The notes below the pieces were generated by a model, which made no database searches, was not told the origin of the DNA, and was given only the letters and a program-made list of their open reading frames with translations. From assembly GCF_000315625.1 (NCBI RefSeq), contig NW_005434643.1:526812-590811 (forward strand): a stretch of DNA of 64,000 nucleotides, in the 5' to 3' direction. This stretch comes from Guillardia theta CCMP2712 (lineage: Eukaryota; Protista; Cryptophyta). A program made the position numbers and the translations under genes. Within the stretch, counting starts at the first letter, position 1; every line of letters begins with the position of its first letter. This document shows, one piece after another, positions 35,445-48,139 of this stretch.

Positions 35445-36913
35445 ACTCTCACAACTTTTTCCCCGGTTCCGACACAAGCATGTTGTTCGAGCATAGTGCG
35501 AGAGGGCATAAGTGCTATCGATCGCCAGACCGGTTGAAGCTCTCCTGACCAGAGAGTCTTTCCATCAACAAGTTTGAAATCACGGTAGCTGCTCTCCCAA
35601 AGGACTGGGTTTCCAATGGACACAATAGCTTGGATGAATTAACATCAATGGTGGACTTCCAGTGTATTAGTGCCAGCTGCTCAAAGATGATCTCTTGTTG
35701 TCCTAGGTCGAGATTTACGGTAGGTTGACTAATTTGACATGTATTGAATACGACTTGAAGTCTTAACTCTGCTATCCTGGATCATTCTTGTCGTTTCGAG
35801 AAGTAAGAGCAGGATTCGATCCTGAAACTAGCATAGGTGCAAAAAAAATCATTATACTGATCTCGATTTGGGAGCATACTGCAAAGTCACATCTAGATAC
35901 AATCCGTATGCTGGAATAAGACTATCACAATGATTTCCCTTCACAGAGAAGAGAGCATGGATTTACCTTAGTTTTTTTTCTAGTGTTTGATTCTAGTATT
36001 TGATCCCAGTGTGGAACATTCCATGCATCGATTGTCCAAGCTTCGATCATTTTTTTTTTGTGATGAAACATCTGTTTGGACACAGAACCGTTGAAGGTGT
36101 GCACTTAGTTGATTTTTGGAATTAATGACATCATAAGTCCCCCAGAGAAGCATCTCAAGCATCTCAAGGAGGTTTGGTAGGATGGGCCAAACAAAGCTCT
36201 AAGCACCAACAATAGTGAACTCATCACAAACTTAAAAAACCCAACAATTCTTCTTCTTCATCGCTTACAAGTTAATCTGCGGTTTCTCCAAAATGTATCA
36301 GGTAACTTCCTTGCATAACTGCATGGACTGATGTGATATGAAGCATCATTGAAAGATACAAATCTATATTACAATAAACGATACTTCAAAACTTTTGATC
36401 CTAATATCCAAGAAATTCAACCTGTGGCAAACCAAACTCTGGAACATGACAGGAGTCTGCGAAGACAGGACTTTGGTCATCACTCTGGATGAACCAATCA
36501 AGCCACTGCTTGTCGATCGAGCTCATTCCTTCTTCAGAATTCTCTTCCTCTCTTGCCGAGGAACAACTCTGGTCCTCTGCCTCAGGACGGTGAGCCGTTT
36601 CCGAGTCATCGTCATCGTCATCAGCGAGTGACTGCGGAGAGCTGACTTCGGCATGAATCTGTTCAACTTGTCTGGATGAGGAGGCAGACCCATCAAACAG
36701 AGGAAGCTGAGAAACAGCAGAGCTTGCTGATTGGGAGACTGGACTTGCGGAGTTGGAACCTCTTCGTTCGACGACAGAAGGATCAATTTCGACGTCAGTC
36801 TGGCGGGATCTAGAATAAGGCCATCTGCTAACGCCCAGGCGACGGCATGCAATCTTCAAGCTTGTCATCGAAATGCCCTAGAGAAAGGTTGTGAGAAATC
36901 GAGAAATCAACTG
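35445..36913. repeat. Segmental duplication copy B
   Basis: Colinear direct match to copy A (31484-32966). Confidence 0.95.
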
Positions 36914-37064
36914 CAATGATCGAATGTACCAGCATGGCAGCAGCGTCTTCCTGACGATAGTTGAAGAGTTGTTCGAGTGCATTGAGGTCGAGATTTACCC
37001 TGCCGATACCTGTCTCTCTGGCAAGCTTGGTTCGACCCTTTACTGTGACAACATGGTTTTGCAT
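36401..37064 (-). CDS. RWP-RK transcription factor (complete, 2 exons)
   Basis: Exon 1 MQNHVVTVKGR...LDLNALEQLFNYRQEDAAAML, 52-nt GT-AG intron 36878-36929, exon 2 GISMTSLKIACRRLGVSRWPY. Confidence 0.88.
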
Positions 37065-37145
37065 TGCGTGTGACGAGCTATTGAAGGAGATGATGAGAAG
37101 TAATGTGGACCCGTGGATTCGTGCGAAGCAATGTTCCCATCGCAA

Positions 37146-37155
37146 GTATATATAG
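37146..37155 (-). promoter_or_regulatory. TATA-like box of the RWP-RK gene
   Basis: CTATATATAC about 85 nt upstream of the ATG. Confidence 0.5.
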
Positions 37156-37689
37156 GGGGCAGAAGACAGTCTGAGACCGTTGCCTCGTGACCTTCTAGAT
37201 TATCGCTGTGGTAAAAAGATCACACGGGACTCCGTTTCCCGTATCGTTTTTGAAGACTACCCTTCTCCAGTCAGAGGAATGAAGGGGTGTGAAACTTTTT
37301 AAGCGAGCTATACTTTTATTGCTGACACCAGTCACACGGAAGCCGATTGTCAGCAAGTCTATCCACTACTGACTCCCTTAACGCCTTCTAGGACCCTAGG
37401 ATCTGATATGACCTAGATGACGGAGATGGTCGGAGAAGATTCATACATGTTCCATTTTAAAATGAAGTATTGGATTTGAGCTTCTTTACAACTCATTTAG
37501 CGGAGGGGGAGGGGGGAGGCTAAGAGTGTCCTCGTGACGAGGGTAATCACTGTGAAACTCGAGGCGTCTCGATCAAGTTTAGGAAGACGTGACATGAACT
37601 TCTTACTAGATTTTGTGCAGGTCACACCGATGCTTGTAAGCAATCGGATATCGATAAGCCAGTCGTAGACGTTCTTCTTGGGCTTTCAC

Positions 37690-38200
37690 CCGGTGGCCCA
37701 TGACTCCCGTCAAGGGCCCGAGCCTGTCACAGTCATACGGTAGACGGGCCGCGCCGATCATGATCATCAGATCGGCCCGCCCGGTGACCCGGTGCCGGAC
37801 AACACTGCCCGGGAGAGTCCCTGCCTCCGTGACGGCCCGTTGCTCCACTCAGTACTGCTCGATCCGTGAAGGTCACTGGCCGACGGACAGTGAGTCACGG
37901 CGGAGTCCGTCGGAGCGGCGCGCCCCATCGCATGATATCGCATGATTGCCGCGCGGCCCGCCGCCGCCCGCGGCACTGTCACTGGGCCTGGCTGCCGGGC
38001 CGCCATTTGCGGCTAGTACATTCAAAGTCTGACTCGTGTGAGCTTATCCCGAGTCCCAGGCCCGCCACTGCCAGGTTCAATCACTGTGATTAGACCGACA
38101 GTGCGGGCCACAGGCTGTGACGGTACGGTGCCACGGTGGGGCCCGGGGTGACCATTCCACCGTCGCTGAACTTGAATCACGCACCGTTCCGTGGCCCAAT
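37690..38200. other. GC/palindrome-rich intergenic island 5
   Basis: TGAGTCACGG, CACTGTCACTG, GGGCCCGGG and GACGGTACGG words. Confidence 0.7.
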
Positions 38201-38241
38201 GGGACTTGCTAAATCAGTAGTTTTATTATCCAGCGAAGAGG

Positions 38242-39197
38242 TCACAGGCAGATCCTGTAAGTGACATATCGCCCAGCAGTGTCAGAGTCTCTTGTAATCT
38301 CAACAACATTTCCACGCCTTAGTCCAAGATACTTGGCGACAGGGTCACTGATGAGGATTCGAGGAAGCTGGTCATCATTCACTTTGTAGCGCTGTAGAAG
38401 CTTCTTTTTCTCCACCCCTGACATGATCCTATGCTTGGGCACCATTTCGTGCTCTGTGATGTTCACTACCAGCTCAACTTCAAAGAAGATGTTCAACTCG
38501 ATCTTCATACGAGGCCCCTCCCCTCCCCCGTGATACCGCTTCTGATGCTCTGTGACAAGAAATCTCTTGGCATATGAAGTTAGATTCTTGTGGATGATAA
38601 CAACCGCAGTCAGAGATTCTGCCTGTGTGTTTTTCCATTCGTCATCGATGCAGGAGAAGACATACTTTGCATCATCTGTCACAAACTTGTCTTTTCTCCC
38701 ACAGAACAGCACCATGATCCTCTGTTTCTCATTTTCCACCTTGAAAACAAGTCAGGGCACTTGTATTTCAAAGAAAAACGGCCAAGAACAGAGCGCAATA
38801 TCTAAGTTGGATATCAAAAAAATGCAACAGAGAGTAACATTTTCAACATCGCAAATTCCTCAACACACCACTTACTCTATGCGAGCGCATTGTGAGAAGT
38901 CCCGGGTCAAGGATGTGTCCCCGATCTGTACATGTTTCCTTAAATTGGACGATTGTCTCCGACTTGTTCTCATTTGTAACTTTGAATCCGCGGTCTTCAA
39001 GCATCGACCAACACGTTTTTCGGATCTTTGAAGAATCATGTCAGATGGATTCTTGATCGATTTTTGAAAACATCAATGCGAGAATGGGATTTTCATATAG
39101 ATGGGACAAGAAATCATAGTTCAACCAACCCATTGTTTGGTAGACTTACCTGAAAAATTCTGGAGCAATACTCAATAATTGGCCCATCATTGGACAT
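38242..39197 (-). CDS. RPB5: RNA polymerase I/II/III shared subunit RPB5, 3 exons
   Basis: Exon 1 [16 protein letters not shown]|gtaagt, exon 2 [14 protein letters not shown]...|gtaagt, exon 3 [15 protein letters not shown]...[38 protein letters not shown]. Confidence 0.93.
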
Positions 39198-39742
39198 TTT
39201 TGAGCTACTACTGAGTTCTTGGAGGGGAAGAGATTATAGTATTAGTAGATGCAGATTTGTGGTAAGACGCTGAAAACTGCAAAACGATGTCAAACTTTAT
39301 CAAAGATGGGGGATAATGCGAAGCGAAATCCAAGTGGAACTCGAATGTTCAGAAACGAGCCCTTCGACTCACTTGCAACAGACAACACAACTAAGAATGG
39401 AATCGCATAACATCTACTGCTGATAGCGTAACGATCATGTTTCTTAGTCCAAAACACGCACGAATCTTCCATGTTCATCTCTTCTTCCTCCTCTCCTCCA
39501 TCGTTGTCTGCGACTTTGCGACGGCATACCGCACGTGAGGGACTCCGAGGCGGGTGGCGAAACCGTAACCGTTACACTTCTCCTACCCATAAATTTTTGC
39601 TTGAAAATCTTTTCCCCCCTTGAAACTTTTAATTGCCCCCAGGACAGGTGGCCGCGCAAACATGGCAGACCAGGTAATGGCAGGAGGGTGCGAGGGCGGG
39701 TAGGGTTTAGGGAGAGAGGAGCAGAAGTAGCGAATGATATGG

Positions 39743-42157
39743 ATGGAAGAAGAAGCTGCAGCGGAAAGTCCTTGCAGACCCCTGGTGAGGAACACCAAGC
39801 TCGGGAGTGATTGCGTATGCCTCGTGGTTGTGATTACGTATACCTCCTGGTCGTGATTCTGTCCACTCTCATTGTGGATTTAGATGATTGGTCGCTGCAG
39901 TGCCCACAAGAAGAAAACGTTGAGATGACCATGTGTACAAGATGTTGGCACGCATGAGATGACCATGTGTACAAGATGTTGGCACGCATGAGATGCAGAT
40001 GGCGTTGTTCTCTACCGAACCCATTCCCTTAATGATGACCCAAATGCGCCATAGCTCAATTTCGTGCGATGAAATATGGTAGTCTCATCCTTACTATGCA
40101 GTTAGGTGATTATGATGTGTGTCAAACTTTCAGCTGTGCATGTCTTTATGCATAGATTCAAGAAATGTATTTGCTGAGGCTAATCGTTCTTATCTTCGCA
40201 GGCAGCCGTACCCATCACGCTGCTCTCTGGATTTCTCGGAGCAGGAAAGACGACTCTGCTGCGGCAAGCTTTGGAGAATAAGGAAGGACTGAAAGTGGCA
40301 GTAGTCGTCAACGATGTCGCCAAAGTGAACATCGACTCAAAGCTTGTCCGAGAGAGAACAGTCGGGAAGGGGGATGATGACCTTGCGGATTGTGTGGAGC
40401 TCCAGAACGGTTGCGCGTGCTGCAATGCGAGCGATGAGCTGTTGGAGGGGATGTCACAGCTTTTGAGGCTTGCGAAGCGGAGAGGGATCAAGTACGACAG
40501 GATCATCATCGAGCTCTCAGGTTTTTCTTCTGTCCATGACGTTGCCTCGTGAGCTGATGAAGTGAAAACCAGGTGTTGCAGAACCAAAGAATATCAGGCG
40601 AGAGTTTGTGGAGGCTGCAGAAGCTGGCAACGAATCGATGAAATTGGTGGAACTGCAGACCATGATAACCGTTGTTGATTCGCCGAGCTTCACCGAGCTT
40701 TATCAATCGGGCGACAGTATCAACCGAAGGCCTGACCTCTGTGCTGAGGAAGGCGAGGAGGTTGTTGAGAGTGATCGAAAAGTTGTCGAGCTTCTGGTTG
40801 AACAAGTGGAATGTGCTGATTTTATTGTGCTCAACAAGAAAGATAAGATGAACCCTGAGAACATGGAGTACTTGACAGGTGTCGTTGGTACCATCAATCC
40901 CTCAGCTCAGATTGTTCCATGCGAGTGGGGCAAGGTTTCCCTAGACACGGTTTTTGGACCGCCAAAAGGAACCAGCTGGGTATCCAAGGCAGATGATGAA
41001 GATGACCTCCGTGATGCTGTCGCTGCTGCCAAGCACTTACGAGACAAAAAGCGAAAGGAACCTGACGAGGGACATGCCTGCGACGACAATTGCGGTCATG
41101 AGCATGGGCACGGGCACGGGCACGGGCATGAGCATGGGCACTCACACGATGGGAAGGCATGCGATCATAAGGAGTGCGAAAACTCAGATTCGATCCGACA
41201 GACAACAACCTCAGCGGCCAAGAAGGTAGACTGATATTCCCGCTTTCTGGTGTTTCTCATCAACTTATTCAGTTTGGAATCACGAGCTTTGTTTACTCGC
41301 GTAGAAGACCATTTCATCCTCAGCGTTTGATGAAGGTAAAGTTGTACAGTTGTGATGTGATTGTTTCATGAAAATGTTCTGCAGGCGATCCTCTATCTGC
41401 CAGTCAAGGTAGACCCAGAGACTGGAAAGATGATGGACTCGTGGGAATTTCCTCATGCAAAGGAGGAAGCGAAGAATGGGGATGACGTCGCCGACGGCTC
41501 CTGCATGAAGAAGATCATTAGGTCCAAGGGTTTTGTGTGGGTAGCCAACCAGCATCGCAGGTTCCTCAGTCGATTCCTTGATCACTTGTGGAGTGACTTG
41601 TCTGCACTGCAGTGCGCAGTATTGGTCGCATGCCGGCCATTACTTCGAACTTCGAGCTCTGGGCCTCTGGTGGGCGGCCACGGCATTGGATAAGTGGCCT
41701 GACGGTGGCGACAATTCGAGCAAGGTTGAGCGAGCAGGACGACAGTCGCTTGTTGGCTGACCCCCTCCTAGGAAGTACAGAAGATTGTTGAAGACTTTTC
41801 GAGGGAGGAGCCGTCCCAGAGATGGGGAGATCGTCGGCAAGAGATCGTCTTCATCGGGATCGGGATGCAGTGCGTAACGAGTGTGGAGGACGAGCATCTG
41901 TGTGATGGAGCTGCGCAGTGAGAAGTCGATCGAGAAAGTCATGGACGAATGCCTTTTGACCGACGAGGAGATGAAGACCTACGTGGAGCAGGTAACACGG
42001 CTGGGTCTACATCGTTCCCTCCCACTTGACTGGTGCATGTGACGCAGGCCAAGTTGTCACCTGCTGATGTTGTCAAGGTACGTGCCGGCAGATGCTACAG
42101 GGGCCCTCATACGGTATTCAGGTGGACACGGCAACCAACAGTGCAGTCAGCGTGTGA
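39743..42157 (+). CDS. COG0523/CobW (ZNG1-like) metallochaperone GTPase, multi-exon; start tentative
   Basis: VPITLLSGFLGAGKTTLL, VAVVVND, ELQNGCACC, IIIELSG, LLVEQVECADFIVLNK, His-rich linker, FGITSFVYSRRRPFHPQRL, IIRSKGFVW, WGDRRQEIVFIG. Confidence 0.9.
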
Positions 42158-42353
42158 GAGGAGAAGATCCACGGGCTACGAATTTTTGCGCACCCGTTCT
42201 CCGTCTCGTTTAGTTCTCCATCTCGTTTAGTCAGGATCTGATGTTGACAAGAAAATGTGACAACCCTTCGCTTTTTAAGTACAAGTATGTTGGAAGAAGG
42301 CAGAGAACTGAGCTCTACACTGCGGACATGTCTTCACCTGCACCTGCCGTCCG

Positions 42354-44621
42354 CTATCCTGCGTCTGGTACAAGCCATGTATTAGTGCAAAAGGAGCGGA
42401 AAGATCCAACATGGGGGAGATGAAGAGAATGAAAGCAACCTAGGTGGAGGAGCACCGGACTTACCAGTTTCTTCATCCAAGGCTTCCTGCTCTTCGATTC
42501 GTTGTTACTTTCTTCATCCCTTAGCTTTTCTCTTTCTGCAAGATTTTTCCGTATCGCAACTTCCTTGTCTTGATTGACTTGAGATCTTGCAAGGTTTGAA
42601 ATATCTACCTTGGCTCTTGTTTCTGATGCCCGATACCGCAATGAGCGCATAGGAAACAATCTCTCCTCGTCCTTCTCCTCTTTCTCCTCTGCCTCTTGCC
42701 CTCTATCTTCCTCCTCTTCTCCGCCATCGACCTCATCATCGCTCTCGCAACAGTACTGCAAGACTGCAAACCCGCTGCTCCTGTAGAACTTCTTCCTCCC
42801 CTCCGCCATCTTTGCAAACCTCTGGTGCACCCCAATGTCAAGCACGTCCACAATCTTGGGTGGCACAGCACGTGCTCCCTCCTCCTGCGAGCGGAGGATC
42901 CTCCCGACACTTTGCGCGATGTCAGCACGAGGAGTAGCGAGGATGAGAGTGTTGAGGCTGGGGATGTCAAGCCCCTCGGAGCACATGCTGTAGGTTGCAA
43001 GGATGATGCGGCAGCAGGAGGCAGCCTTGAGCTCGGCAGACGTCCGTCCTCCGACGTAGAACCCAACATCCCTCTCCGTCCTCCTGTCCTGATGGGCGAG
43101 TAGCTGCTCGAGGGTCTCGAGGTGCGCTCTCCTATCGGAGAGAAGGAGAATCCTCCTCCCCTCTCTCCAGGCCTGCAGGACTTCCCGGGCAACCACCCTG
43201 TTCCTCTCCTGCATCTCCGTCAACGCCGTGACCATCTCCGCGAGGCCTCCAGCACACTTGGAGCTAGAGCTCTCCACTCCGATGCAGACGACGCTGACGT
43301 CCTCAGCCCTTGCTGGGCTGTATGATGCCTCGTACGCGGTCTCCCCGAGGAACCAGTGGAGGACGCGGGTCAGCCCGTCGCGGCGATGAGGAGTTGCGGA
43401 GAGGCCGAGTACGCAAACGTCTCCTGTCCTGTGGGAGCATCCGATCTTGAAAAGAGCTCGACTGAAAGCCCGAGCACAGATATGCTGAAAGAAGTGTCAG
43501 AGTCGGGGGGAAGGAAGGGGGGGGGGGGGGGGGACAGGAAGGAGAGACGAAGTCGACAGAAGAAAGACCGAGTTAAGCAATCATAGCAATGTTAACATGA
43601 AAGATATTGGAAAAAACCGGGAAAATGGGGCAAGGGGGAGCACGATAAGGAGGAGGATGACAAGCAACGTCAGCAGCAGAAACGGAGCAGCAGCACGGTG
43701 CGAGGAGGAGCAATATACATGGCACTCGTCGAAGATGATGTGATCGAAGTCGGAGAGAGGGTACGAGTCTCTCGTCACCAGGCTCTGCAGCATCGCGATC
43801 ACAATGTCCTTCCCCTCTGTCTCCACCCGATCCTGTCGGATCACTCCCACTCGTAGCTGAGGAACAAACCTCAGCGCTCTCTCCGCCCACTGATCGCACA
43901 GGAACGATTTGTGCACTATGATCAGCGTCTTCCTGCGAATATGCGACACAAGCCAGAGGGCGCAAACGGTCTTTCCTGCCCCGCAATACAGGGACAGGAT
44001 GCCTCCCCTGTCCTTGTGGTATGCTCGCATGCACGCTGCTACAGCCTCGTCTTGCAGGGAGTTCAGCTGCCCGCTGAAGCTCCATCGAGATGCGGCATCA
44101 TCTTCCTCTACCTCAAGGTTGCTCCATGCCTTAGACCCGAAGGTAGAGGTGCCGAAGAAGCGAGGGACGAGAAGTTTCCTGCTCCCCAGTCGCACAAACA
44201 TCTCCACAGGCTCATGCAAGAAGCCACGCATGGAGCGAGGGACGCACGTCAGGCGACGGCACGTCTCCTCCATCTCCTCCTCAGACACCATCACCCGCAT
44301 GCAGCAGCCCATTATCGCCTGCTGTCCATCGCTCTGGATCTCACACGGTTCATCCCCTACCTGATCCCTTCCAGCCTCTGTTTCAATCAACCCATCTTCC
44401 TCCTCCTCCTCCTCTTCCTCGTCCTCCTCTTCCTCCCCTTCTTCGCTACTCCCACTCATGTACACAAGGAACTTCTCCCTCCTTCTTCTACCTCGTTCGC
44501 GACCAGCAGGCTCCACTTGCGAGCTTCTGCGGATCCTCTTGAACGTTCGGCATTGATCCTCCTCACTACTGAACCCATCGCGTTCCTCATCGTTCGTGTG
44601 CATGCTCGCTCTCACGATCAT
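42354..44621 (-). CDS. SF2 DExH helicase, NCLDV A18-like, with a 234-nt intron (43485-43718); termini approximate
   Basis: GGILSLYCGAGKT, KTLIIVHKSFLCDQW, KDIVIAMLQSL, DECH|HICARAFSRAL, LGLSATPHRRDGLTRVLHWFLG, ILLLSDRRAHL, TYSMCSEGLDIPSLNTLILATPRADIAQSVGRILR. Confidence 0.88.
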
Positions 44622-44990
44622 GTGAGGTTACTTGGCTGATCGTGTTCTTTCCTCTTCATCCTCTTCATCGTCAACTCTACATCCTCTACTCCCTGGTCGC
44701 CATGCAAGCTCGTCCAGCTGCCCTTCCTGTTGTCCCCACAGTCACTATTTCCTTTATCTGCCCATCAATTTGACTAGTCACATGCACTGAGGCGGATTGT
44801 TTTCTTACGTTCTGCACTGAGGCGGACTGCCGCAGTGCGGCTACTGAGACCCGGGGGCATCATCAGTGATCATTGAAACTTGAAACCGTGAACAGCAACA
44901 TGAATGCTCAACTTAGATTCAATCAAACTTGAAGGCATCATCGATGTTCTCCTACATACACCAGCCGATGTGACTGTCAACACGCACGGC

Positions 44991-46181
44991 TTACTTCCAG
45001 CGGACAGCATCGGTTCCTTGAAGATGCTGCTTCAGCTGCCTTGGATCAGCCCATACAGAACCCAAATGGTTGTCTTCGTCGTCCTCTTCCAGCTTCTTCA
45101 GCTCCTCCTGTTTCTTGTGATAGAACGCCATCATCTCTTTCTGCGTCCTCTCATCAATCGCGGGCTCCCGCTGCGGAGCTCCTCCTCCTGGCTTCTGCAG
45201 CTTGCACACAATCTTGGTCTTGTCATTCTTTCCAAGATAATCGGAGAGTTTCTTGTCTTGCCCCTGCTCCATCTGCTTCCCCGCCCACCACAGTTCTGCC
45301 TTGTCGTCAAACGCCTCCATCGTCCTCCCATCAATCTCCCACTCTCCTTTGAGGATGTACCCCACATCGTCCCACTCAGGCAACCCCTCAGGAAACGCAA
45401 TCATCACGGCTCCTCGCAGACTGTCTAAAGTCTCTTGAAAGAACTGCTTCGTAACCACTTGTTTCTTCTCAACCTGAGCCTTGGCGTTCACCACCTGCCG
45501 TGCCTTGCTGATTTCCCTGTTGATGATTTCTGCAAGCTTCGGCTCTGGGGCCTCCCCCGTTCTCCTGCCTGTTGGGTCCATACAGTAGTATGGTCCTCGC
45601 TGGATCTTGTCGTTGATCAGATTGCCATGATCATCGGTCTGGTAAGTGTCAATGCACTGCTTGTCCGGTTTCTTGGCTGGTCCATACTTAGCTAAATCTT
45701 CCATGGAGTCAATCAGCCTGCGAATCTTCCACAAAATAGTGAGAAACAACATTCACATGTCATCTTGCAAAAACCTGTATCTGCATGTTCCAAATATCCA
45801 CTAATTCCTTCACGGTGTCGTCAACCGAAGACGAAACTGTCGTTTCGTATAGGAACTGGGACAACATGCAGAAATCAGTGTAAGCTTCGATCGAAAAATG
45901 AATCGAAACTTTCAATATCATGCATGCACAATTCAAAGAGAGGGAGATGAATACATCAAATGGCCGTCGTCCCAACATCATTCTTTTCCCGCCAAATTTA
46001 GCATTCAAGGAATACATGTGCCGGCAAGAGGGGACTGGGTAATAACAGAGCTGTTGGACCAAGGAATGAAGATGAAAGTAAGGACCATGAATGTGAAAGG
46101 GCAGGATGTTTCGCTCAACTCCCTCGCATATCTTCCATTCACCTGAAGCTCCTCCGTCTTCTTTACATGTAGCAACACCAT
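44991..46181 (-). CDS. CFAP298: Cilia- and flagella-associated protein 298 (C21orf59), 3 exons
   Basis: MVLLHVKKTEELQ|FLYETTVSSSVD..., DPTGRRTGEAP, LRGAVMIAFPEGLPEWD, LWWAGK, KLSDYLGKNDKTKIVCKLQK, PQREP. Confidence 0.92.
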
Positions 46182-46610
46182 GTCCAACCGAAATCTCGAA
46201 GCACTGTAGCCCTACCTCTTGGTAGATATCGTTGTACCCCCAAATACACCCCATTTGGACCGACAAAACACCGGTAATAAGTACTACCCTACCCTACCCT
46301 ACCCTACCTGGATTTCCGCGTTGTGTACCATAAATGGTAACCATCGTCCAGGCAATCTTGACTCAACGATCTCAGGTATGATCTGATATGATCCAGTCTG
46401 GCGTCATGGTACTACATCACGATACAAGTAGAACCCGATCTCTGAAAAATGCCAGGTATCTACAAGTGCTAGATCACGTATTATCCAGTCATAATATTGG
46501 TTTATCAACAACGAGTGCTAAGGAAGGGAATAGAATACCTATTTACGATTCTCAGGCAAACAGCAAATTTATTCAAAAGGGTATTAAAGTACAAAAAAAT
46601 ATCTCATCCA

Positions 46611-47741
46611 CTACAACTTCACTTCGTCAAAGGGAAGGCTTCCTTGCCACATCTCATCGACATCTTTGGCCATGTTGCCCAAAGAGGACTGACGAGAAAG
46701 TGTCAAATTACCCAATGACGAGCTGCGGGACAAAGACACTGGGAAAGAATTGACGTCAAACATGGAAGTATTCATCTGAGGAACCATGAGTGGATCGATG
46801 TAATTGTTCATGGGCTGTGCCTCGTGGTGCATCTCATGCTGAACAACTCCAGCAAAGCTTGAATGCTGTACCATAGGTGTAGACTGGTGAGCATGATGTT
46901 GCATCGACCAGTCCACAGGTGCAGGCACGGGAGCTGCAACTGGAGCATTGATCGGCGCCGAATCGCCCGAATAAGACATACCCATCCACGACGAGCTTCC
47001 CTGGAATCCATCGAGCTGGCATCGGTTGGACAGGTCTCGGCTTTGCTGACAGAGCTGTCTCTCTCTGTGCCTTCGCTGAGCCTCGCGGTTCTGCCTGCGC
47101 CTCTTCTCCCTGCGCCACACTTCAAGAGTGGCTCCATGCTCCGCAGCCTCTTCCATTTCAGCTGTCTTCTTGTCCGACTCACTGGAGTTGGTGAGACCAA
47201 AACGTTCCTTGATCTGCATGGAGATGACAGATTCATTGGCATGCTGTTCAACGTGGTCGTCGACCACAGGGGGAGCAGCAACGGAAGGAGTACCAAAAAG
47301 AGCAGCAAGGTGAATAGGCTGACCACCACCGCTGTGTACAGCACTGACATCAGCTCCGCCCTTGACAAGGGATTTGAGGAAATCAGGGGTAGCATCTGAA
47401 GCTTCAAATCCTGCCTTCTTCTTCAGAACCTCGTTTTCGGTACGGAGGTTCTCATTCTCAGACTCCATCAGCGCCAAACGCTGAGCCATGGCCTCGTTCT
47501 GAGAGGCCAAGGTAGCAAGGTTGGCCTCAAGCTTCTGTACGTACGTTCTCGCCTGATCGCGAGACTTTTTGGCAGCCAATCGATTCTTGATTGTGCGCAC
47601 ACGGGTCTTGATCTCTTTCGCCATGTCGAGTTCGCATCCCCTGATAACAGCAGCGGTACTTTCTTCCACCCTCTGCTGAGTTTGGAGAAGGATGTTGAGT
47701 TCTTGTTCAAGAACAGCATGGGGTTGGCATGGTCGCCTCAT
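46611..47741 (-). CDS. bZIP transcription factor with an ankyrin-like segment and a second basic region
   Basis: RTIKNRLAAKKSRDQ plus leucine heptads; LVKGGADVSA...QPIHLAALFG; EKRRRQNREAQRRHRER. Likely ATG at 47741; TATAAAA on the minus strand near 47892-47898. Confidence 0.85.
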   Translation of the reverse strand: MRRPCQPHAVLEQELNILLQTQQRVEESTAAVIRGCELDMAKEIKTRVRTIKNRLAAKKSRDQARTYVQKLEANLATLASQNEAMAQRLALMESENENLRTENEVLKKKAGFEASDATPDFLKSLVKGGADVSAVHSGGGQPIHLAALFGTPSVAAPPVVDDHVEQHANESVISMQIKERFGLTNSSESDKKTAEMEEAAEHGATLEVWRREKRRRQNREAQRRHRERQLCQQSRDLSNRCQLDGFQGSSSWMGMSYSGDSAPINAPVAAPVPAPVDWSMQHHAHQSTPMVQHSSFAGVVQHEMHHEAQPMNNYIDPLMVPQMNTSMFDVNSFPVSLSRSSSLGNLTLSRQSSLGNMAKDVDEMWQGSLPFDEVKL

Positions 47742-48139
47742 CGTGAAGTGGTGTTGTCTATATGAAGGGAAAGAAGAAAGTGGAAGGCAAAACGGCAAGA
47801 AAGAGCGGGAATACTACGAAAGATCAGCACACAAACAGGTTCAAAGCAGCAGGACAGCGGCTCTCGTGAAGCTTGAGGGGCCAGAGGACCTTTTTATACC
47901 CATACCGGAGTTCACCCACCCTACCCTACAATTCCCAAATTCTATGAGGGCTTCAGAAGTGGTCTTAATTTTAGATAATTACTGGTAGACTCGACGAATT
48001 CTCCTTCGATTCGGTAAATAGTCTATATTTAAGATCACCCCTACCTCCTCTTGGAGGTCATGGCTTCAGGTCATGACCATAATCAACCGACGCAGTTTCG
48101 AATCGCTACGGGATGGAAGGAGGCGTGAGTAGAGAGCTG

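Noticed and set aside
39922-39995. ~34-bp direct repeat in the CobW intron
   Set aside because: Simple local tandem duplication with no further structure.
46284-46308. Interstitial telomere
   Set aside because: Only about five TACCC units, not a TTAGGG/TTTAGGG-type repeat; treated as part of the ACCC tract class.
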